Shown here one piece after another: positions 10,371-21,870 of a DNA stretch of 64,000 nt. The notes under the pieces are model-generated. The model did not search any database. It saw only the letters and a program-made list of their open reading frames with translations, and was not told the origin of the DNA. Source of the stretch: Actinomycetota bacterium (GTDB lineage: Bacteria; Actinomycetota; Actinomycetes; JAKEEW01). The stretch spans positions 2,545-66,544 of the forward strand of contig JBKPTD010000007.1 in the NCBI GenBank assembly GCA_046735375.1. Reading direction: 5' to 3'. The position numbers were made by a program, and so were the translations under genes. Position 1 is the first letter of the stretch. Each line of letters opens with the position of its first letter.

Positions 10371-11969
10371 CTAGTGGAGGAAGTGGCGGGTTCCGGTGAC
10401 GTACATGCTGAGGCCGGCGGCTTGGGCGGCTTCGATCACTTCCGCGTCGCGGACCGAACCACCCGGCTGGACGACGGCCCGTACGCCGCCATCGATCAAC
10501 GCCTGAAGGCCGTCCGCGAAGGGGAAAAATGCGTCGGATGCGGCGACCGCGCCTTTCGCACGATCGCCCGCCCGGGCAAGGGCGAGGCGTACCGCATCAA
10601 CCCGATTGACCTGACCCATTCCGATGCCGACCGACGCACCGCCCGCCGCGAGCAGGATCGCGTTGGACTTCACCGACCGGACCGCCCGCCAGGCGAAGGC
10701 AAGGTCTCGCATCGTGTCGTCATCGGCGGCGGCTCCCGCCGCCAGCTCCCACGTCGCCGGATCATCGCCAGGCGCGTGCAGCGTGTCCCGGTATTGCACC
10801 AGAAGACCGCCACCGATTGGCCGCAGTTCGACCCCCACCGCGCGAGAGTCGTGGACCGGGCAGCGAAGCAGCCGCAGACCCTTCTTCGTCCTCAACTGCT
10901 CCAGCGCGGCGGGCTCGAAGTCGGGAGCGCAGACCACCTCGGTGAAGACCGCAGCTACCTGCTCGGCAAGCGCCGCGGTGACCGAACGGTTGGTGGCGAT
11001 CACTCCGCCGAAGGCGGACACCGGGTCGCAAGCATGAGCCTTGCGGTGGGCATCGGCGACACCGGATCCGATCGCGATCCCGCATGGATTAGCGTGCTTC
11101 ATGATGGCGACGCATGGCTCGGCAAAGTCCGCAACGGCGCGCCGTGCGGCCTCCGTGTCGACGTAGTTATTGAAGGACATCGCCTTGCCGCTCAACAGCG
11201 CGGCCTGGGTGAGGTCGGCCTGCGCGTTGTCCTCGCTGTAGAGAGCCGCCGGCTGGTGCGGGTTCTCGCCATACCGCAGTCGACCTGCAAGCCGGTAGGT
11301 GCGGCCGAGAAATCTCGGCCACGGCGAAGCAGGTGACTCGTCCAGTTCCGCGAACCAGGAGGCCACCGCGACGTCATAGGCAGCGGTATGCGCGAACGCC
11401 TCCGCCGCCATGTCCCGCCTCGCGTTCCCGTCGAAACCACCCGCAGCAACTGCTGCGAGCACGTCCGCATATCGCTGCGGTGTCACCACGACGGCGACCG
11501 TGCCGTGGTTTTTAGCCGCCGCGCGGATCATCGCCGGTCCACCGATGTCGATCTGCTCGACACACTCGGCCGGCTCGGCACCTGACGCGACCGCGTCGTT
11601 GAATGGATACAGATTGCTGACGAGCAAGTCGAACGGCTCGATGCCGAGCTCAGCCAGCTGGCGCCGGTGCTCCCGGTTCCCGGCATCGGCGAGCAGGCCA
11701 GCATGGATGGCCGGATGCAGCGTTTTCACCCGGCCGCCCAGGGATTCGGGAAAGCCGGTGAGCTCCTCGACCCGGGTGACCGGTACCCCGACCGCCTCCA
11801 CCGCGTCCGCGGTCGATCCGGTCGAGACCAGTTGAACCCCGTTCACGTGCAGTCCGCGGGCCAGCTCGGGAAGTCCGGTCTTGTCGTACGCGCTGAGTAG
11901 CGCGCGGTTGATGGGGCGTCGTCCGGATTGGCCGGAGCTGCGATCAGGTTGGGTCAGCGGTGCACTCAA
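10371..11969 (-). CDS. purH: AICAR transformylase/IMP cyclohydrolase
   Basis: [37 protein letters not shown] and TRHFLH motifs. Confidence 0.97.
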   Translation of the reverse strand: MSAPLTQPDRSSGQSGRRPINRALLSAYDKTGLPELARGLHVNGVQLVSTGSTADAVEAVGVPVTRVEELTGFPESLGGRVKTLHPAIHAGLLADAGNREHRRQLAELGIEPFDLLVSNLYPFNDAVASGAEPAECVEQIDIGGPAMIRAAAKNHGTVAVVVTPQRYADVLAAVAAGGFDGNARRDMAAEAFAHTAAYDVAVASWFAELDESPASPWPRFLGRTYRLAGRLRYGENPHQPAALYSEDNAQADLTQAALLSGKAMSFNNYVDTEAARRAVADFAEPCVAIMKHANPCGIAIGSGVADAHRKAHACDPVSAFGGVIATNRSVTAALAEQVAAVFTEVVCAPDFEPAALEQLRTKKGLRLLRCPVHDSRAVGVELRPIGGGLLVQYRDTLHAPGDDPATWELAAGAAADDDTMRDLAFAWRAVRSVKSNAILLAAGGASVGIGMGQVNRVDAVRLALARAGDRAKGAVAASDAFFPFADGLQALIDGGVRAVVQPGGSVRDAEVIEAAQAAGLSMYVTGTRHFLH

Positions 11970-12577
11970 GGGACGGACACCTTCCTTCCGTTCACGGTCC
12001 AGCCGTCGGCCACCAACCTGCGCACCGTGTCGACAAGGAGCAGGCGCTCGACCTCTTTGATGCGTTCATGCAAGCCCGCCTCATCGTCGTCGGGCCTGAC
12101 CTCCACCGCTGCTTGGGCGACGATCGGCCCGGTATCGATGCCTTCATCGATCAGGATCACGGTGGCACCCGTGATCTTGGCGCCGTGATCAAGCGTGTCC
12201 TTGACCGCTTGCGGGCCGGGAAATGCCGGCAGTAGGGCGGGATGAGTATTGATCGTCCGCCCGCCGAAGCGGCGCAGGTACGCCGGCCCCACCAGACGCA
12301 TGAAGCCGGCGAGCACCACCAAATCCGGGTCGTGCGCGGCCACGGCCGCAGTAAGGGCCGCGTCCCACGCCGGACGACCCGGGTAGTCCGCGAGTTGCAC
12401 GACAAAGCTTGGAACGCCCGCCGTGGCGGCGCGGTCGAGGGCCGGGCTGCCCTCGCGGTCTGAGCCGACCGCGACCACCCGCGCAGGGTATGCGGGCTCG
12501 GCCATCGCATCGATCAGTGCCTGTAGGAGGGAACCCACCCCTGATGCAAGGACGACCACTCGTGCCGGCAGCACCAT
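11966..12577 (-). CDS. purN: Phosphoribosylglycinamide formyltransferase
   Basis: [18 protein letters not shown] and DTGPIVAQ motifs; exact start uncertain. Confidence 0.95.
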   Translation of the reverse strand: MVLPARVVVLASGVGSLLQALIDAMAEPAYPARVVAVGSDREGSPALDRAATAGVPSFVVQLADYPGRPAWDAALTAAVAAHDPDLVVLAGFMRLVGPAYLRRFGGRTINTHPALLPAFPGPQAVKDTLDHGAKITGATVILIDEGIDTGPIVAQAAVEVRPDDDEAGLHERIKEVERLLLVDTVRRLVADGWTVNGRKVSVP

Positions 12578-12943
12578 CGACCCGGCCAAAGTCAGCCTTA
12601 CTCCCATCACCGCGCGCCGCTGCGAGTACTGGGTGCCGGTTGCCGTGCAGGCGTGTGCGGCTCGGCTCGGAAGACCCAGCAGGTCAAACCCAGGTACAGC
12701 TCACTCACGATATCTGCAGCGTGACGTAGCCGTCATGCCAGCACGAACCGACCCGGCCACGCGGCCAAGATCTCCGGTTCTGTTGAGATTGCGTAGCAGC
12801 CTTGATCGAGCAACCAAAGTCGCGATCACGATGAGGTGGGATGATCATCCCGAGTGGGGATAGAGAGATCAAGTCCGAGCGATGAGCACTGTGTCTGCAA
12901 CGATCGCCTCAGCTTGGCGCGGCCTCACGGAGGGGAGGGCCAC

Positions 12944-13495
12944 ATGACCACCTCAGGCCCCGAGCCGAACGACGACGCTGCTGGTGGCCCAGGCGCCACG
13001 CGCCCGCCGGACAACGAACCTCCGACCATGCCCGGGGATCCCTATGCGGCACGGCCGTACGAGGCGCCACCACAGCAACCAGCACCATACGGCCAGGGCC
13101 CGAGCCCTGGTGACTACGGCGGGCCGATGACCCGCGACGGCGGCAGCTGGCGCCCCGGCCCCCGCAACGGCTTTGGCATCGCTGCGCTGGTCCTTGGGAT
13201 CGTCTCGATCCTTCTTTTTCCAGGGCTCGGGATCATCCTCGGACTGCTCGGCATCATTTTCGGCATCCTCGGCATCCGGCTGGCCTCCAAAGGCGAGGCC
13301 ACAAACAACGGGATGGCAATCGCGGGCGTTGTGTTCTCGGCGGTCGGGCTTGTGTTAGGTGCCCTCCTCATCGGCTTCGCCGTGACGTACTGGCCGCGAG
13401 TCGACGACTGTCTAGACAGGTTTTCGACCTCGCAGCAGCGCGAGGATTGCATCAAGGACAAACTCCCCGACTGGATGACAACCGACGACACCTAG
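12944..13495 (+). CDS. DUF4190 membrane protein with Pro-rich N-terminus
   Basis: RNGFGIAALVLGI...GMAIAG pattern; GGAGGG RBS upstream of ATG 12944. Confidence 0.8.
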   Translation: MTTSGPEPNDDAAGGPGATRPPDNEPPTMPGDPYAARPYEAPPQQPAPYGQGPSPGDYGGPMTRDGGSWRPGPRNGFGIAALVLGIVSILLFPGLGIILGLLGIIFGILGIRLASKGEATNNGMAIAGVVFSAVGLVLGALLIGFAVTYWPRVDDCLDRFSTSQQREDCIKDKLPDWMTTDDT

Positions 13496-13940
13496 CCGAC
13501 AAGATCGCCAGCTTCGGTCAGAGGTGCAGTGATTTCGCTGCCACCAGCCACGTGATCATGGCCTCATACGGAAGGACGAGCCGGAACTAGCCCTCGAAGC
13601 GCCCTTGAGGCCGCGTCGTGTTACGTCCCCAGGCGAGGCCAGACCGCGGCGCGGCCAGGACACTTGTGGTTCCCGCGGCCGCTACCGTCCTGACTCCCCA
13701 GACCAGTACGGTACCGACCAGCGCGCCAGCACCGGCCGCCCAGACGACGTCGCTCACCCCACGGCGAGCGCCGCACGCTGGTCAGCGGCCGGCCGCTGGT
13801 TCTCGGCGTCGGGACGGTTGAGCAGTCACGGCCGGCCCGTAGTCACACCCGGCCCAACCGACCGGGTAGCGACGCAGGCGCCGGGACCGTTGGCCCCGCA
13901 GCGATTGACTACGGGGTCGGAGGGTAAGGAGAACGGCCCG

Positions 13941-14519
13941 ATGGACTGGCGGGACCGCAGGATCTTATTTGCGCTCGGCGCCGCGGCAGCGGCCGGGCTC
14001 GTCTTCGGCATGCTGCTCGGCGTCTTCGACGACAACGGCGGCGGCTCGACCGGCCAGGCCGCCGAACAGAGTCCTTCGTCCGCGCCGGCCACGTCAGAGA
14101 CCGCTACCTCCACGGCTTCGACCGTGCCCACCATCAATCCGACCGATTATCCGGACAACGACTTCGGCTTCCTCCGCGACCTCAAGAACGAGAGTGGCCA
14201 CACGGTGCTCGTCTTTGACCGTGCCATCCTGCTCACCGGCGACGCCGCCAAGGAGGAGGCGAGGAAGCAGGGCATCGAGCTCACGAACGACTACCTCATC
14301 ACCAACGACAATAAGCGCCTGCGCGATCGAGTGGTCGCCGCGAAGGTGACAGCAACCGGGAGCCAGATCCTGACCGGGCAGCCCAACCCGACCACGATCG
14401 ATCCGCAGAAGGTCTTCGACTACGTCGGCAGCCATCGTGAGCCACCTCTGCCGGTCTACCTGCGTTACGACAAGACCACTGGTGAGGTCACGAAGATCGA
14501 GGAGGTGTACTTCCCCTAA
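13941..14519 (+). CDS. Hypothetical membrane-anchored/secreted protein
   Basis: AAGGAG RBS; N-terminal TM segment, S/T-rich linker, globular C-terminal domain; high GC3. Confidence 0.75.
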   Translation: MDWRDRRILFALGAAAAAGLVFGMLLGVFDDNGGGSTGQAAEQSPSSAPATSETATSTASTVPTINPTDYPDNDFGFLRDLKNESGHTVLVFDRAILLTGDAAKEEARKQGIELTNDYLITNDNKRLRDRVVAAKVTATGSQILTGQPNPTTIDPQKVFDYVGSHREPPLPVYLRYDKTTGEVTKIEEVYFP

Positions 14520-14540
14520 CCTCCCCCCTCGTCGGTCCCG

Positions 14541-15422
14541 CTATCTGGTCATGATGGACCGCATGAGACGGGCGGTCTCGGACGGAGTCTTTCCGACCTT
14601 CACCCCCACCGCCTCCAATGCCTCCTTCTTTGCCTGCGCCGTGCCGGCCGAGCCGGACACGATCGCGCCTGCGTGGCCCATGGTCTTGCCTTCCGGCGCG
14701 GTGAAGCCGGCCACATAGCCGACGACCGGCTTGGTGACGTTGGCCTTGATGAAGTCCGCCGCCCGCTCCTCGGCGTCGCCGCCGATCTCACCGATCAGCA
14801 CGATCGCGTCCGTGTCCTGGTCGTCCTGGAAGGCCGCCAGGCAGTCGATGTGCGTCGTGCCGATCACGGGATCGCCACCGATACCGACGCAGGTAGAGAA
14901 ACCGATGTCGCGCAGCTCGTACATCATCTGGTAGGTCAGCGTGCCCGATTTGCTCACCAGCCCGACCCGCCCGGGTTTGGTGATGTCGGCCGGGATGATG
15001 CCCGCGTTGGACTGACCCGGCGTGATGACCCCAGGACAGTTGGGGCCGACGATCCGGGTGGTCCCCGCTTTCTGGGCGTACGCGAAGAACTCAGCGGTGT
15101 CGTGGACCGGAATGCCCTCGGTGATCACCACGACCAGAGGCATCCCGGCGTCGGCAGCCTCGACGACAGCGCCCTTCGCGAACGGCGGTGGGACGAAGAT
15201 GACCGAGACGTCGGCGCCGGTCTCCGCGACGGCCTCCTTAACAGTGCCGAAGACGGGGAGGGACGTACCGCCGAAGTCGAGGTGCTGGCCAGCCTTGCGC
15301 GGGTTGGTGCCGCCGACGATTCGGGTGCCGGCGTTGAGCATCCGCTGGGTATGCCTGCGGCCCTCGGAGCCGGTGATGCCCTGGACGAGGACCCTGCTGC
15401 TCTCGGTGAGGAAGATCGCCAC
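14541..15422 (-). CDS. sucD: Succinyl-CoA synthetase alpha subunit
   Basis: [20 protein letters not shown] and TMGHAGA motifs. Confidence 0.97.
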   Translation of the reverse strand: MAIFLTESSRVLVQGITGSEGRRHTQRMLNAGTRIVGGTNPRKAGQHLDFGGTSLPVFGTVKEAVAETGADVSVIFVPPPFAKGAVVEAADAGMPLVVVITEGIPVHDTAEFFAYAQKAGTTRIVGPNCPGVITPGQSNAGIIPADITKPGRVGLVSKSGTLTYQMMYELRDIGFSTCVGIGGDPVIGTTHIDCLAAFQDDQDTDAIVLIGEIGGDAEERAADFIKANVTKPVVGYVAGFTAPEGKTMGHAGAIVSGSAGTAQAKKEALEAVGVKVGKTPSETARLMRSIMTR

Positions 15423-15435
15423 TGTGTTCCCGCCC

Positions 15436-16623
15436 TTATCGCGCCGCTGCGTTGCTCGCGAGCTCGGCCGCGCGGTGCGCGGCGTCGTCCATCGTGTCCA
15501 CCATCTCGATGATGTCGTGCTCCGCCTCGTCGAGGATCCGGCGGCCGACCGCGGCGTTGTTGCCGTCGAGGCGTACGACCAGCGGCTTGGATATCTCCTC
15601 GCCCTGCGACTTGAGCATCTCGATCGCTTGGACGATGCCGTTCGCGACTTCGTCGCAGGCGGTGATGCCACCGAAAACGTTGACGAAGACACTCCGCACG
15701 GACTCGTCGGAGAGCACGATGTCCAGGCCGTTCGCCATGATCTCGGCGGAGGCGCCGCCGCCGATGTCGAGGAAGTTGGCCGGCTTCACCCCGCCGTACT
15801 CCTCCCCCGCGTAGGCAACGACATCGAGTGTGCTCATGACGAGGCCCGCACCGTTTCCGATGATGCCGACCTCGCCGTCGAGCTTGACGTAGTTGAGGTC
15901 CTTCTCCTTGGCCCGCGCCTCGAGTGGGTCCACCGCGTGCGTGTCCGCGTACTCCTGGAATACCTCCGGGTGCCTGAAGCTCGCGTTGTCGTCCAGGGTG
16001 ACCTTTGCGTCCAGGGCGAGGATCCGGCCGTCCCCGGTCTTGACCAGCGGGTTCACCTCGACGAGTGTCGCGTCCTCGGCGGTGAACACCCCCCATAGGG
16101 CGACCAGGACCTCCGCCACCTGCTCCTTGATGTCGGCGGGGAAGTTCGCCGCGTCCACGATCTCGCGTGCCTTGGCGAGATCGACTCCGGTCAGCGCGTC
16201 GACCGCGATCTTGGCGAGCGCCTCAGGCTTGGTGGCCGCCACCTCCTCGATGTCCATACCGCCCTCGACCGACGCCATCGCCAGGAAGGTGCGGTTCGCA
16301 CGATCGAGCAGGTAAGAGACGTAGTACTCGGCGGCGATGTCGGCGGTCTCGGCGAGCATGACCTTGCGGACAACATGGCCCTTGATTTCCAGGCCGAGGA
16401 TCTCGGCTGCTTTCGCGGCTGCGTCGTCCGGGCTGGTGGCCACTTTGATTCCGCCGGCCTTGCCGCGTCCGCCGGTCTTGACCTGAGCCTTCACGACGAC
16501 ACTCTTGCCTAGCCGCTGCGCGGCCTGCCGTGCCTCCTCCGGGCTGGCCGCAACGTCGCCGTCGAGGACTGGGACGCCATGCTTGGCGAAGATCTCTCTT
16601 GCCTGGTATTCGAAAAGATCCAC
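15436..16623 (-). CDS. sucC: Succinyl-CoA synthetase beta subunit
   Basis: [20 protein letters not shown] and [10 protein letters not shown] motifs. Confidence 0.97.
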   Translation of the reverse strand: MDLFEYQAREIFAKHGVPVLDGDVAASPEEARQAAQRLGKSVVVKAQVKTGGRGKAGGIKVATSPDDAAAKAAEILGLEIKGHVVRKVMLAETADIAAEYYVSYLLDRANRTFLAMASVEGGMDIEEVAATKPEALAKIAVDALTGVDLAKAREIVDAANFPADIKEQVAEVLVALWGVFTAEDATLVEVNPLVKTGDGRILALDAKVTLDDNASFRHPEVFQEYADTHAVDPLEARAKEKDLNYVKLDGEVGIIGNGAGLVMSTLDVVAYAGEEYGGVKPANFLDIGGGASAEIMANGLDIVLSDESVRSVFVNVFGGITACDEVANGIVQAIEMLKSQGEEISKPLVVRLDGNNAAVGRRILDEAEHDIIEMVDTMDDAAHRAAELASNAAAR

Positions 16624-16782
16624 GGGTTCGTCCTCGTAGGTGGGAAACCGTCATCCGGCCGCAGTCACGGGACCACACGGCACGTCACAGCCGCGGCGCT
16701 CCGGTCTGGACACTAACCCCGCCGCCACCACGACTGGCAACCGGGTCGTCCGACGCGCCCACACGACGCGAGGAGGACGTGG

Positions 16783-16806
16783 CTAGTGCCGTTAACGCGA
16801 CACTAG
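16783..16806. repeat. 24-bp CTAGTG...CACTAG mini-palindrome overlapping the ideR stop
   Basis: ctagtgccgttaacgcgacactag; same termini as the MITE-like family. Confidence 0.5.
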
Positions 16807-17489
16807 GCGACCTTGACGAAGATATGGGCTGCCATGCTGCTGGCCAGCTCGGCGGTCTCGCCGCCGCTTCCCACCAAGATCCCGCCAGGGGATAGTGTCG
16901 CCGTGACCCGTTCACCTGGCATCGCTCCCGCTCGCCGCAACGCGGCCATGACGTGCTCGTCGGTCTGGATGGGCTCGCCGAGACGGCGCACCGTCACCTT
17001 GACCCCGCTCTCATCGGCAACGTCGGACAACGGCGCCACGCCGTCCAGGAACTCGCTGGCCGCGCCGGCTTCCCCGAGCTCATCGAGCCCCGGGATCGGC
17101 GTGCCATAGGGCGACTCCTTCGGATGGCCGAGCAGCTCGAGCAGCCGCCGCTCGACCGCCTCGGACATCACGTGTTCCCAGCGGCATGCCTCGGCGTGCA
17201 CCTGCTCCCACTCGAGACCGATCACGTCGACCAGCAGGCATTCGGCCAGCCGATGCTTACGCATGACCCTCGTTGCGTGTGCCCGGCCAAGATCGGTCAG
17301 CTCAAGATGGCGATCGCCCGCAAGGCCGACCAGTCCGTCTCGTTCCATCCTGGCGACCGTCTGGCTCACAGTCGGGCCGCTTTGCTGGAGCCGTTCGGCG
17401 ATGCGGGCCCGCATCGGCACAACGCCTTCCTCCTCCAGCTCGTAGATCGTCCGGAGGTACATCTCGGTGGTGTCGATCAGCTCACTCAC
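16803..17489 (-). CDS. ideR: IdeR/DtxR-family metal-dependent repressor
   Basis: LIDTTEMYLRTI, SGPTVSQTV, RKHRLAE and EACRWEHVMS motifs. Confidence 0.95.
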   Translation of the reverse strand: MSELIDTTEMYLRTIYELEEEGVVPMRARIAERLQQSGPTVSQTVARMERDGLVGLAGDRHLELTDLGRAHATRVMRKHRLAECLLVDVIGLEWEQVHAEACRWEHVMSEAVERRLLELLGHPKESPYGTPIPGLDELGEAGAASEFLDGVAPLSDVADESGVKVTVRRLGEPIQTDEHVMAALRRAGAMPGERVTATLSPGGILVGSGGETAELASSMAAHIFVKVA

Positions 17490-17698
17490 GGGCTTCGCTC
17501 GCTCAGGGGTCGGTTGGCCGGCGTCGAGCCGGGTAGCTCATGCGGGATCTTCATTGTTACTCACAGCGCCCCAACGTGTGCAGATACGCCGCCGGGGCCC
17601 GCGCTAACGGATGCTCGGACTGGGAGAGCAACGGGGTCCCAGCAACGCTCGAGCCCGGGCGGCTCGACGGACCATGCCTCACCACACTTGCGACGGCA

Positions 17699-18157
17699 CT
17701 AGGGAGCGAAGTGGGCGATCCCCGAATATGTAACCGCCGCCCCGACGACCTCGACCGCCAGATTCGAGTGCAGACCCTCTAGGCCCCCGGTCGCATTGAT
17801 CGTCTCAGCACGGAGCTCGAGCCCGGCGGCTGAACCTGTGCCTTCGAATCGGAACGTCACCGAGCCTGACCTGCCCGCGATCGAACAGGCGCAGATGTAC
17901 GTGCCGTTCACGGCATTCGCCAGTCCCGAGGGATGCACGATCGTCGTGTACTCCACCGTAAACGTCCCGGTGAAGCTCCCCGCAATGGTTCCCATCGCGG
18001 TATTCGCAGTAATGGTGTTGCCGTCAGCCGTCCGGACAACCGTGGCGCTCGCACTCGTGATCGTCTCGGTTCCGCTGACGGTCGCCGGCGGCTTCCCTGC
18101 CGCCGTGACCGTCAGCACGGTTGCGGCGACACCGGCGGCAATCGCAAGCTTGCGCAT
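17699..18157 (-). CDS. Hypothetical secreted beta-rich protein
   Basis: AAAGGAG RBS; signal peptide MRKLAIAAGVAAT; alternating beta-strand pattern. Confidence 0.7.
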   Translation of the reverse strand: MRKLAIAAGVAATVLTVTAAGKPPATVSGTETITSASATVVRTADGNTITANTAMGTIAGSFTGTFTVEYTTIVHPSGLANAVNGTYICACSIAGRSGSVTFRFEGTGSAAGLELRAETINATGGLEGLHSNLAVEVVGAAVTYSGIAHFAP

Positions 18158-18495
18158 GCCCTGCTCCTTTCGAGATCCCGGCGATTTCTAAGCGAGAATC
18201 TCGGCGGAGGTGCGCGGCCAGCGGCGCCGCTTCCCTGCGAAGCAAGCAGTGCGGTTGAGCTCCGTAGTACGGCGGACCGACTGCGTACGTTTGCCCCCGT
18301 CGAGAGCCGGTCTGTCCCCCTTCGTCGTTGCGGAGTGTGCTCCGCCGCTGCCGGAGAGTCAACAAGACGGGCCACGCACGCGAGCGCTCAGGTGCGCGAG
18401 GCGACGTCATCGTGAAAAGGACGGCCAATCTGCTCGGCCACGCTTCGCCCTGCAGCAGATAAGTAGCTTGGCCGCCGACGATTACGCTCCTTGGC

Positions 18496-18717
18496 ATGAC
18501 CGACCGCTACGAGGACAAGGTGATCCAGCTCAGAGATGGACTGCTCGGCGGCAAGATGTCCGGTGACAAGCTTGAGAAGGTACTCAACGAACATGCCTCG
18601 CAGGGATGGCAGTTGAAGGCGATCACTGCGGCGGAGGTCAAGGGAAGGGTTGGGCCGGGCGGAGTGGAGGGCGTGCTGGTGACCTTCGAGCATCGGTGGC
18701 CGGATGAACGACATTGA
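18496..18717 (+). CDS. DUF4177 small protein
   Basis: YEDKV...LEKVLNEHASQGWQL...LVTFE pattern. Confidence 0.75.
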   Translation: MTDRYEDKVIQLRDGLLGGKMSGDKLEKVLNEHASQGWQLKAITAAEVKGRVGPGGVEGVLVTFEHRWPDERH

Positions 18718-19360
18718 ACGGCCGGGCGCGCAGGAATGGGTGCCGGCGGGCGCGGATATCGATCAGCTACGGTCGGCCGCGCGGGACTGCAGGGGCTGCG
18801 AGCTGTACAAGGACGCCACCCAGACTGTCTTCAGCCAGGGAGCTCCGACCGCCCGTGTCGTGTTCGTCGGCGAGCAGCCAGGTGATCAGGAGGACCGGCA
18901 GGGCATTCCGTTCGTCGGTCCGGCTGGGCGTGTGCTGGACCGCGCGCTTGAGGAAGCGGGGATCGACCGGTCCGACGCCTACGTCACGAACGCGGTGAAG
19001 CACTTCCGTTTCAGCCGGTCAGGACCAGGCAAGCGGCGGCTGCACCAGACGCCGGACGTCGCCCACATCAATGCATGCAAACCATGGCTCGAGGCCGAGC
19101 TCGCGATTCTCGACCCGGAGGTCGTGGTCATCCTCGGTGCTATCGCCGGTCGGGCGCTGCTCGGGCCGAGCTTCCGGGTGACCAAACAGCGCGGAACCCT
19201 GATCCCGATGCCGGGTCGCGACGATGAGGACTTCGCGCGTAAGGGCGGCTTCATGGTGCCGACCGTTCATCCATCGGCGGTCCTGCGCGCCGACGACCAG
19301 GACACCGCGTACGCGGCCTTTCTCGCCGATCTCCGCGTCGCCGCGGCCGCCCTCCCTTAG
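18704..19360 (+). CDS. udgX: UdgX-family uracil-DNA binding protein
   Basis: CRGC Fe-S ligands, GEQPG, TNAVKHF, R-loop KRRLH and TVHPS motifs. Confidence 0.9.
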   Translation: MNDIERPGAQEWVPAGADIDQLRSAARDCRGCELYKDATQTVFSQGAPTARVVFVGEQPGDQEDRQGIPFVGPAGRVLDRALEEAGIDRSDAYVTNAVKHFRFSRSGPGKRRLHQTPDVAHINACKPWLEAELAILDPEVVVILGAIAGRALLGPSFRVTKQRGTLIPMPGRDDEDFARKGGFMVPTVHPSAVLRADDQDTAYAAFLADLRVAAAALP

Positions 19361-19389
19361 TGTCCCTCGCCAGAAATTCGGTGCACTAG
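19357..19389. repeat. Solo end of copy-A-type MITE overlapping the udgX stop
   Basis: ttag-tgtccctcgccagaaattcggtgca-ctag: 18/20 to the left TIR of 6499-6662, and 17/17 (gccagaaattcggtgca) to its right end. Confidence 0.75.
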
Positions 19390-19406
19390 CCGTCGTCCCC
19401 CTACCG

Positions 19407-20711
19407 TCACGGTTCCGGGTGGCGGGCGTCGTACCGCAGAAAGCCGCGGTATCGGGCCGCGAGCACCCAGACAAGGGTTACGCAGAGCAGACCACCCATC
19501 ACCGCCGCAAACTTCTCCGACCGCAGCGACGCCACCGAGCCGGCGACGAAGTCGCCCAGACGAGGGCCACCGGCAACGACCACGATGAAGACCCCCTGGA
19601 GCCTGCCACGGAGCTCATCTGGGGTGGCGACCTGCAAGATCGTGTTCCGGTACACGGCGCTCACCAGGTCCGCGGCGCCCGCGGCAGCGAGACAGCCAAC
19701 GGCCAACCATAGCCACGGTGACACACCGAAAGCGGCGATCCCGATCCCCCACGCCGACACCGCCAGGACGACGGCGAGTCCCTGCCGGCGCACCCGGCTG
19801 GTCCATCCGGAGAAGAACGCGGCGATCACGGCGCCGAACCCTATTGACGCCGCGAGGAGCCCCACGGTTCGGGAGCCGCCGCCGTACACGTTCGCCGCGA
19901 GCGCCGGGAAGAGCACTCGGGGCATCGCGAAGACCATGGCGCACAGATCAGTCAGGAAGGTCATCAGCACATTCGTGCGGGTCCTGAGGAATCGCAGTCC
20001 CTCGAGCACCGAGGCGAGGCCGGCTCGGGGTCGAACGAGCAGCGCTTTCGCGTCTGGCGGGTCGTCCGCGGCTTGAGGCACCGCCGTGGCATCGACGGCT
20101 TCGCCCGGCTCCACGCGCAAGGGAGCCATCGACGGCAGCCGGATGAGCGCGTACAACGCCGCGAGAAAGGTCACAACGTCGACGGTGTATGCCGCGGCCA
20201 GCCCGAGCCAGCCAATCAGGACTCCGCCCGCCAGCGGCCCAATCGTTAAGCTCAGCTGGAAGCTGAGCTGCGCGAGCGCGTTGGCCGCAGTTATGTGCTC
20301 GGCGGGCAGTAGCCGGGGGATCATCGCGTTTCTGGTGGGGTTGTTGACCGCGAAGAAGAGCCCCTGCAGTGCGACCATCGCATAGATGAGCCAGCGGGAA
20401 CGCCAGTCCGCGTACGCCTGAATCGCCAGGATCAGGCTCGTCGCGGCAAGCCCGCTCGAGGCGGCGATCGCGAGCAGCTTGCGGTCCATCACGTCCGCGA
20501 TCGCGCCGCCGTAGAGACCGCCGACGACCATGGGTACGAGCACGACGAGTCCCAGCAAGCCGACCGCGAAGTTCGACCTGGTGAGCGCGTACACCTGGAT
20601 CGCCACGGCGATCGATGTCATCTGCTGACCAAGCTGGGAGACGGTGAACCCAAACCAGAGTCGGCGGTAGTCGGCCGAAACCCGCAGCGGTTCGATGTCC
20701 GCGAGGATCAC
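19407..20711 (-). CDS. MFS transporter (EntS/DHA3-like)
   Basis: ~12 TM; [11 protein letters not shown] and ELRGRLQG motifs; GTGA overlap with pdxH. Confidence 0.88.
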   Translation of the reverse strand: MILADIEPLRVSADYRRLWFGFTVSQLGQQMTSIAVAIQVYALTRSNFAVGLLGLVVLVPMVVGGLYGGAIADVMDRKLLAIAASSGLAATSLILAIQAYADWRSRWLIYAMVALQGLFFAVNNPTRNAMIPRLLPAEHITAANALAQLSFQLSLTIGPLAGGVLIGWLGLAAAYTVDVVTFLAALYALIRLPSMAPLRVEPGEAVDATAVPQAADDPPDAKALLVRPRAGLASVLEGLRFLRTRTNVLMTFLTDLCAMVFAMPRVLFPALAANVYGGGSRTVGLLAASIGFGAVIAAFFSGWTSRVRRQGLAVVLAVSAWGIGIAAFGVSPWLWLAVGCLAAAGAADLVSAVYRNTILQVATPDELRGRLQGVFIVVVAGGPRLGDFVAGSVASLRSEKFAAVMGGLLCVTLVWVLAARYRGFLRYDARHPEP

Positions 20712-21466
20712 GGGGCAAGCCGCTCCACGATCCACTCGTCCGTACCGGCATCAGTGGCGGTCCCAGTGCCGTCAGGCGCCACTGCGCCGCTGATCCGTCG
20801 ATAGCGCAACCGGTCGTGCAGCCTGTTCTCGCGTCCCTGCCAGAACTCGATCGCCTCTGGCCGCACGCGAAAGCCACCCCAGAAGTCAGGGACCGGGACC
20901 TCTACGCCGACCGGCCACTGTGTGGCCAGCATCGCGAAGCCACTGTCCAGCTCCAACCTCGATGCGATGACCGACGACTGGCGGGAAGCCCAGGCACCAA
21001 GCTGGGAGTCTCGCGGGCGGGTGCGAAAGTACGCCGCGCTCTGCTCGGGACTGAGCCTGGACGCTGAGCCGTACACGATCACCTGGCGGTCCACGGCGTG
21101 CCAGGGGAAAAGCAGCGACGCCTCGGGGTTCACGGCGAGATCTCGCGCCTTGCGCGAGCCGTAGTTTGTGTAGAAGACGAAGCCGGTCGCGTCGTAACCC
21201 TTGAGCAGCACGGTGCGCAGGCTGGGCCGCCCGCGCTCGTCAGCGGTCGCAAGGACCATGGCGTTCGGCTCCGGCAGCTCGGCCGCGACCGCGGCCGCGA
21301 GCCAGCCGGTGAATTGGGTGAACGGATCCGGCTCGAGGTCTGCCTCGGCGATGCCGATGCGCCGGTAGGCCCGCCGCATCGCCGCCAGTTCTGTGGTATC
21401 CACAACCGCTCCTCGCGCTGCGGGGGCGGATTCCCCCGGGGCACCGTCGTAGTCGCTTGGCATCAT
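20708..21466 (-). CDS. pdxH: Pyridoxamine 5'-phosphate oxidase
   Basis: [24 protein letters not shown] and [13 protein letters not shown] motifs. Confidence 0.96.
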   Translation of the reverse strand: MMPSDYDGAPGESAPAARGAVVDTTELAAMRRAYRRIGIAEADLEPDPFTQFTGWLAAAVAAELPEPNAMVLATADERGRPSLRTVLLKGYDATGFVFYTNYGSRKARDLAVNPEASLLFPWHAVDRQVIVYGSASRLSPEQSAAYFRTRPRDSQLGAWASRQSSVIASRLELDSGFAMLATQWPVGVEVPVPDFWGGFRVRPEAIEFWQGRENRLHDRLRYRRISGAVAPDGTGTATDAGTDEWIVERLAP

Positions 21467-21519
21467 GATCTCGCGCCACCTCGGACGCTATCGACGGACC
21501 CTCACCCCGACCGAGCCGT

Positions 21520-21727
21520 GGCCACTCCAGGATTAGTGGACCGTGAGCCAGACAAAACCGCCGATTCGTTGTGGGTGGCAGGCCACTGATGCAGGCGTTG
21601 GCGGATCGCTGCTGGGCAACGGTCCATTGATGCAGGCGTTGGCGGATCCGTGCTGCGTAGCGGTCCATGAATGTTGGATCGGGGTGGATCTATACCGGTA
21701 CATGATCCACCGTTGAGCGGACGGATC
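21520..21727. repeat. Array of ~5 imperfect GGTCCA...GGATC hairpin units (REP-like)
   Basis: Near-identical units at 21581-21607 and 21621-21648 share tgatgcaggcgttggcggatc; degenerate units at 21520, 21662 and 21704; ~41-bp period. Confidence 0.7.
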
Positions 21728-21870
21728 GCCCACGGAGATGCTCGATACTCGACCAGCCGCTGCCGCCAGCGGAGCTCAGCGTTAAGAATGGTCACGGCCG
21801 CGATGTGGAAAGCTCCGCTTCCAGCTGCCACCACCGTCGCGTACCGCTTGATCTTGCAAAGGAGCCGACG

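Noticed and set aside
10185-12940. ZMP/ZTP riboswitch expected near purN/purH/folD
   Set aside because: I could not find the GACTGGCG...GTGG...CCAC...GCCTGGGC pattern in either intergenic gap.
14541-15692. Long N-terminal extensions given by the ORF track (sucD, serC, oxidoreductase, DUF3027, DUF3263)
   Set aside because: The extensions overlap neighbouring genes or precede the family start; downstream starts were used.
21581-21727. Possible mini-CRISPR array
   Set aside because: Only two near-identical repeats, ~13-nt linkers, rapid degeneration and no cas genes; kept as a REP-like array.
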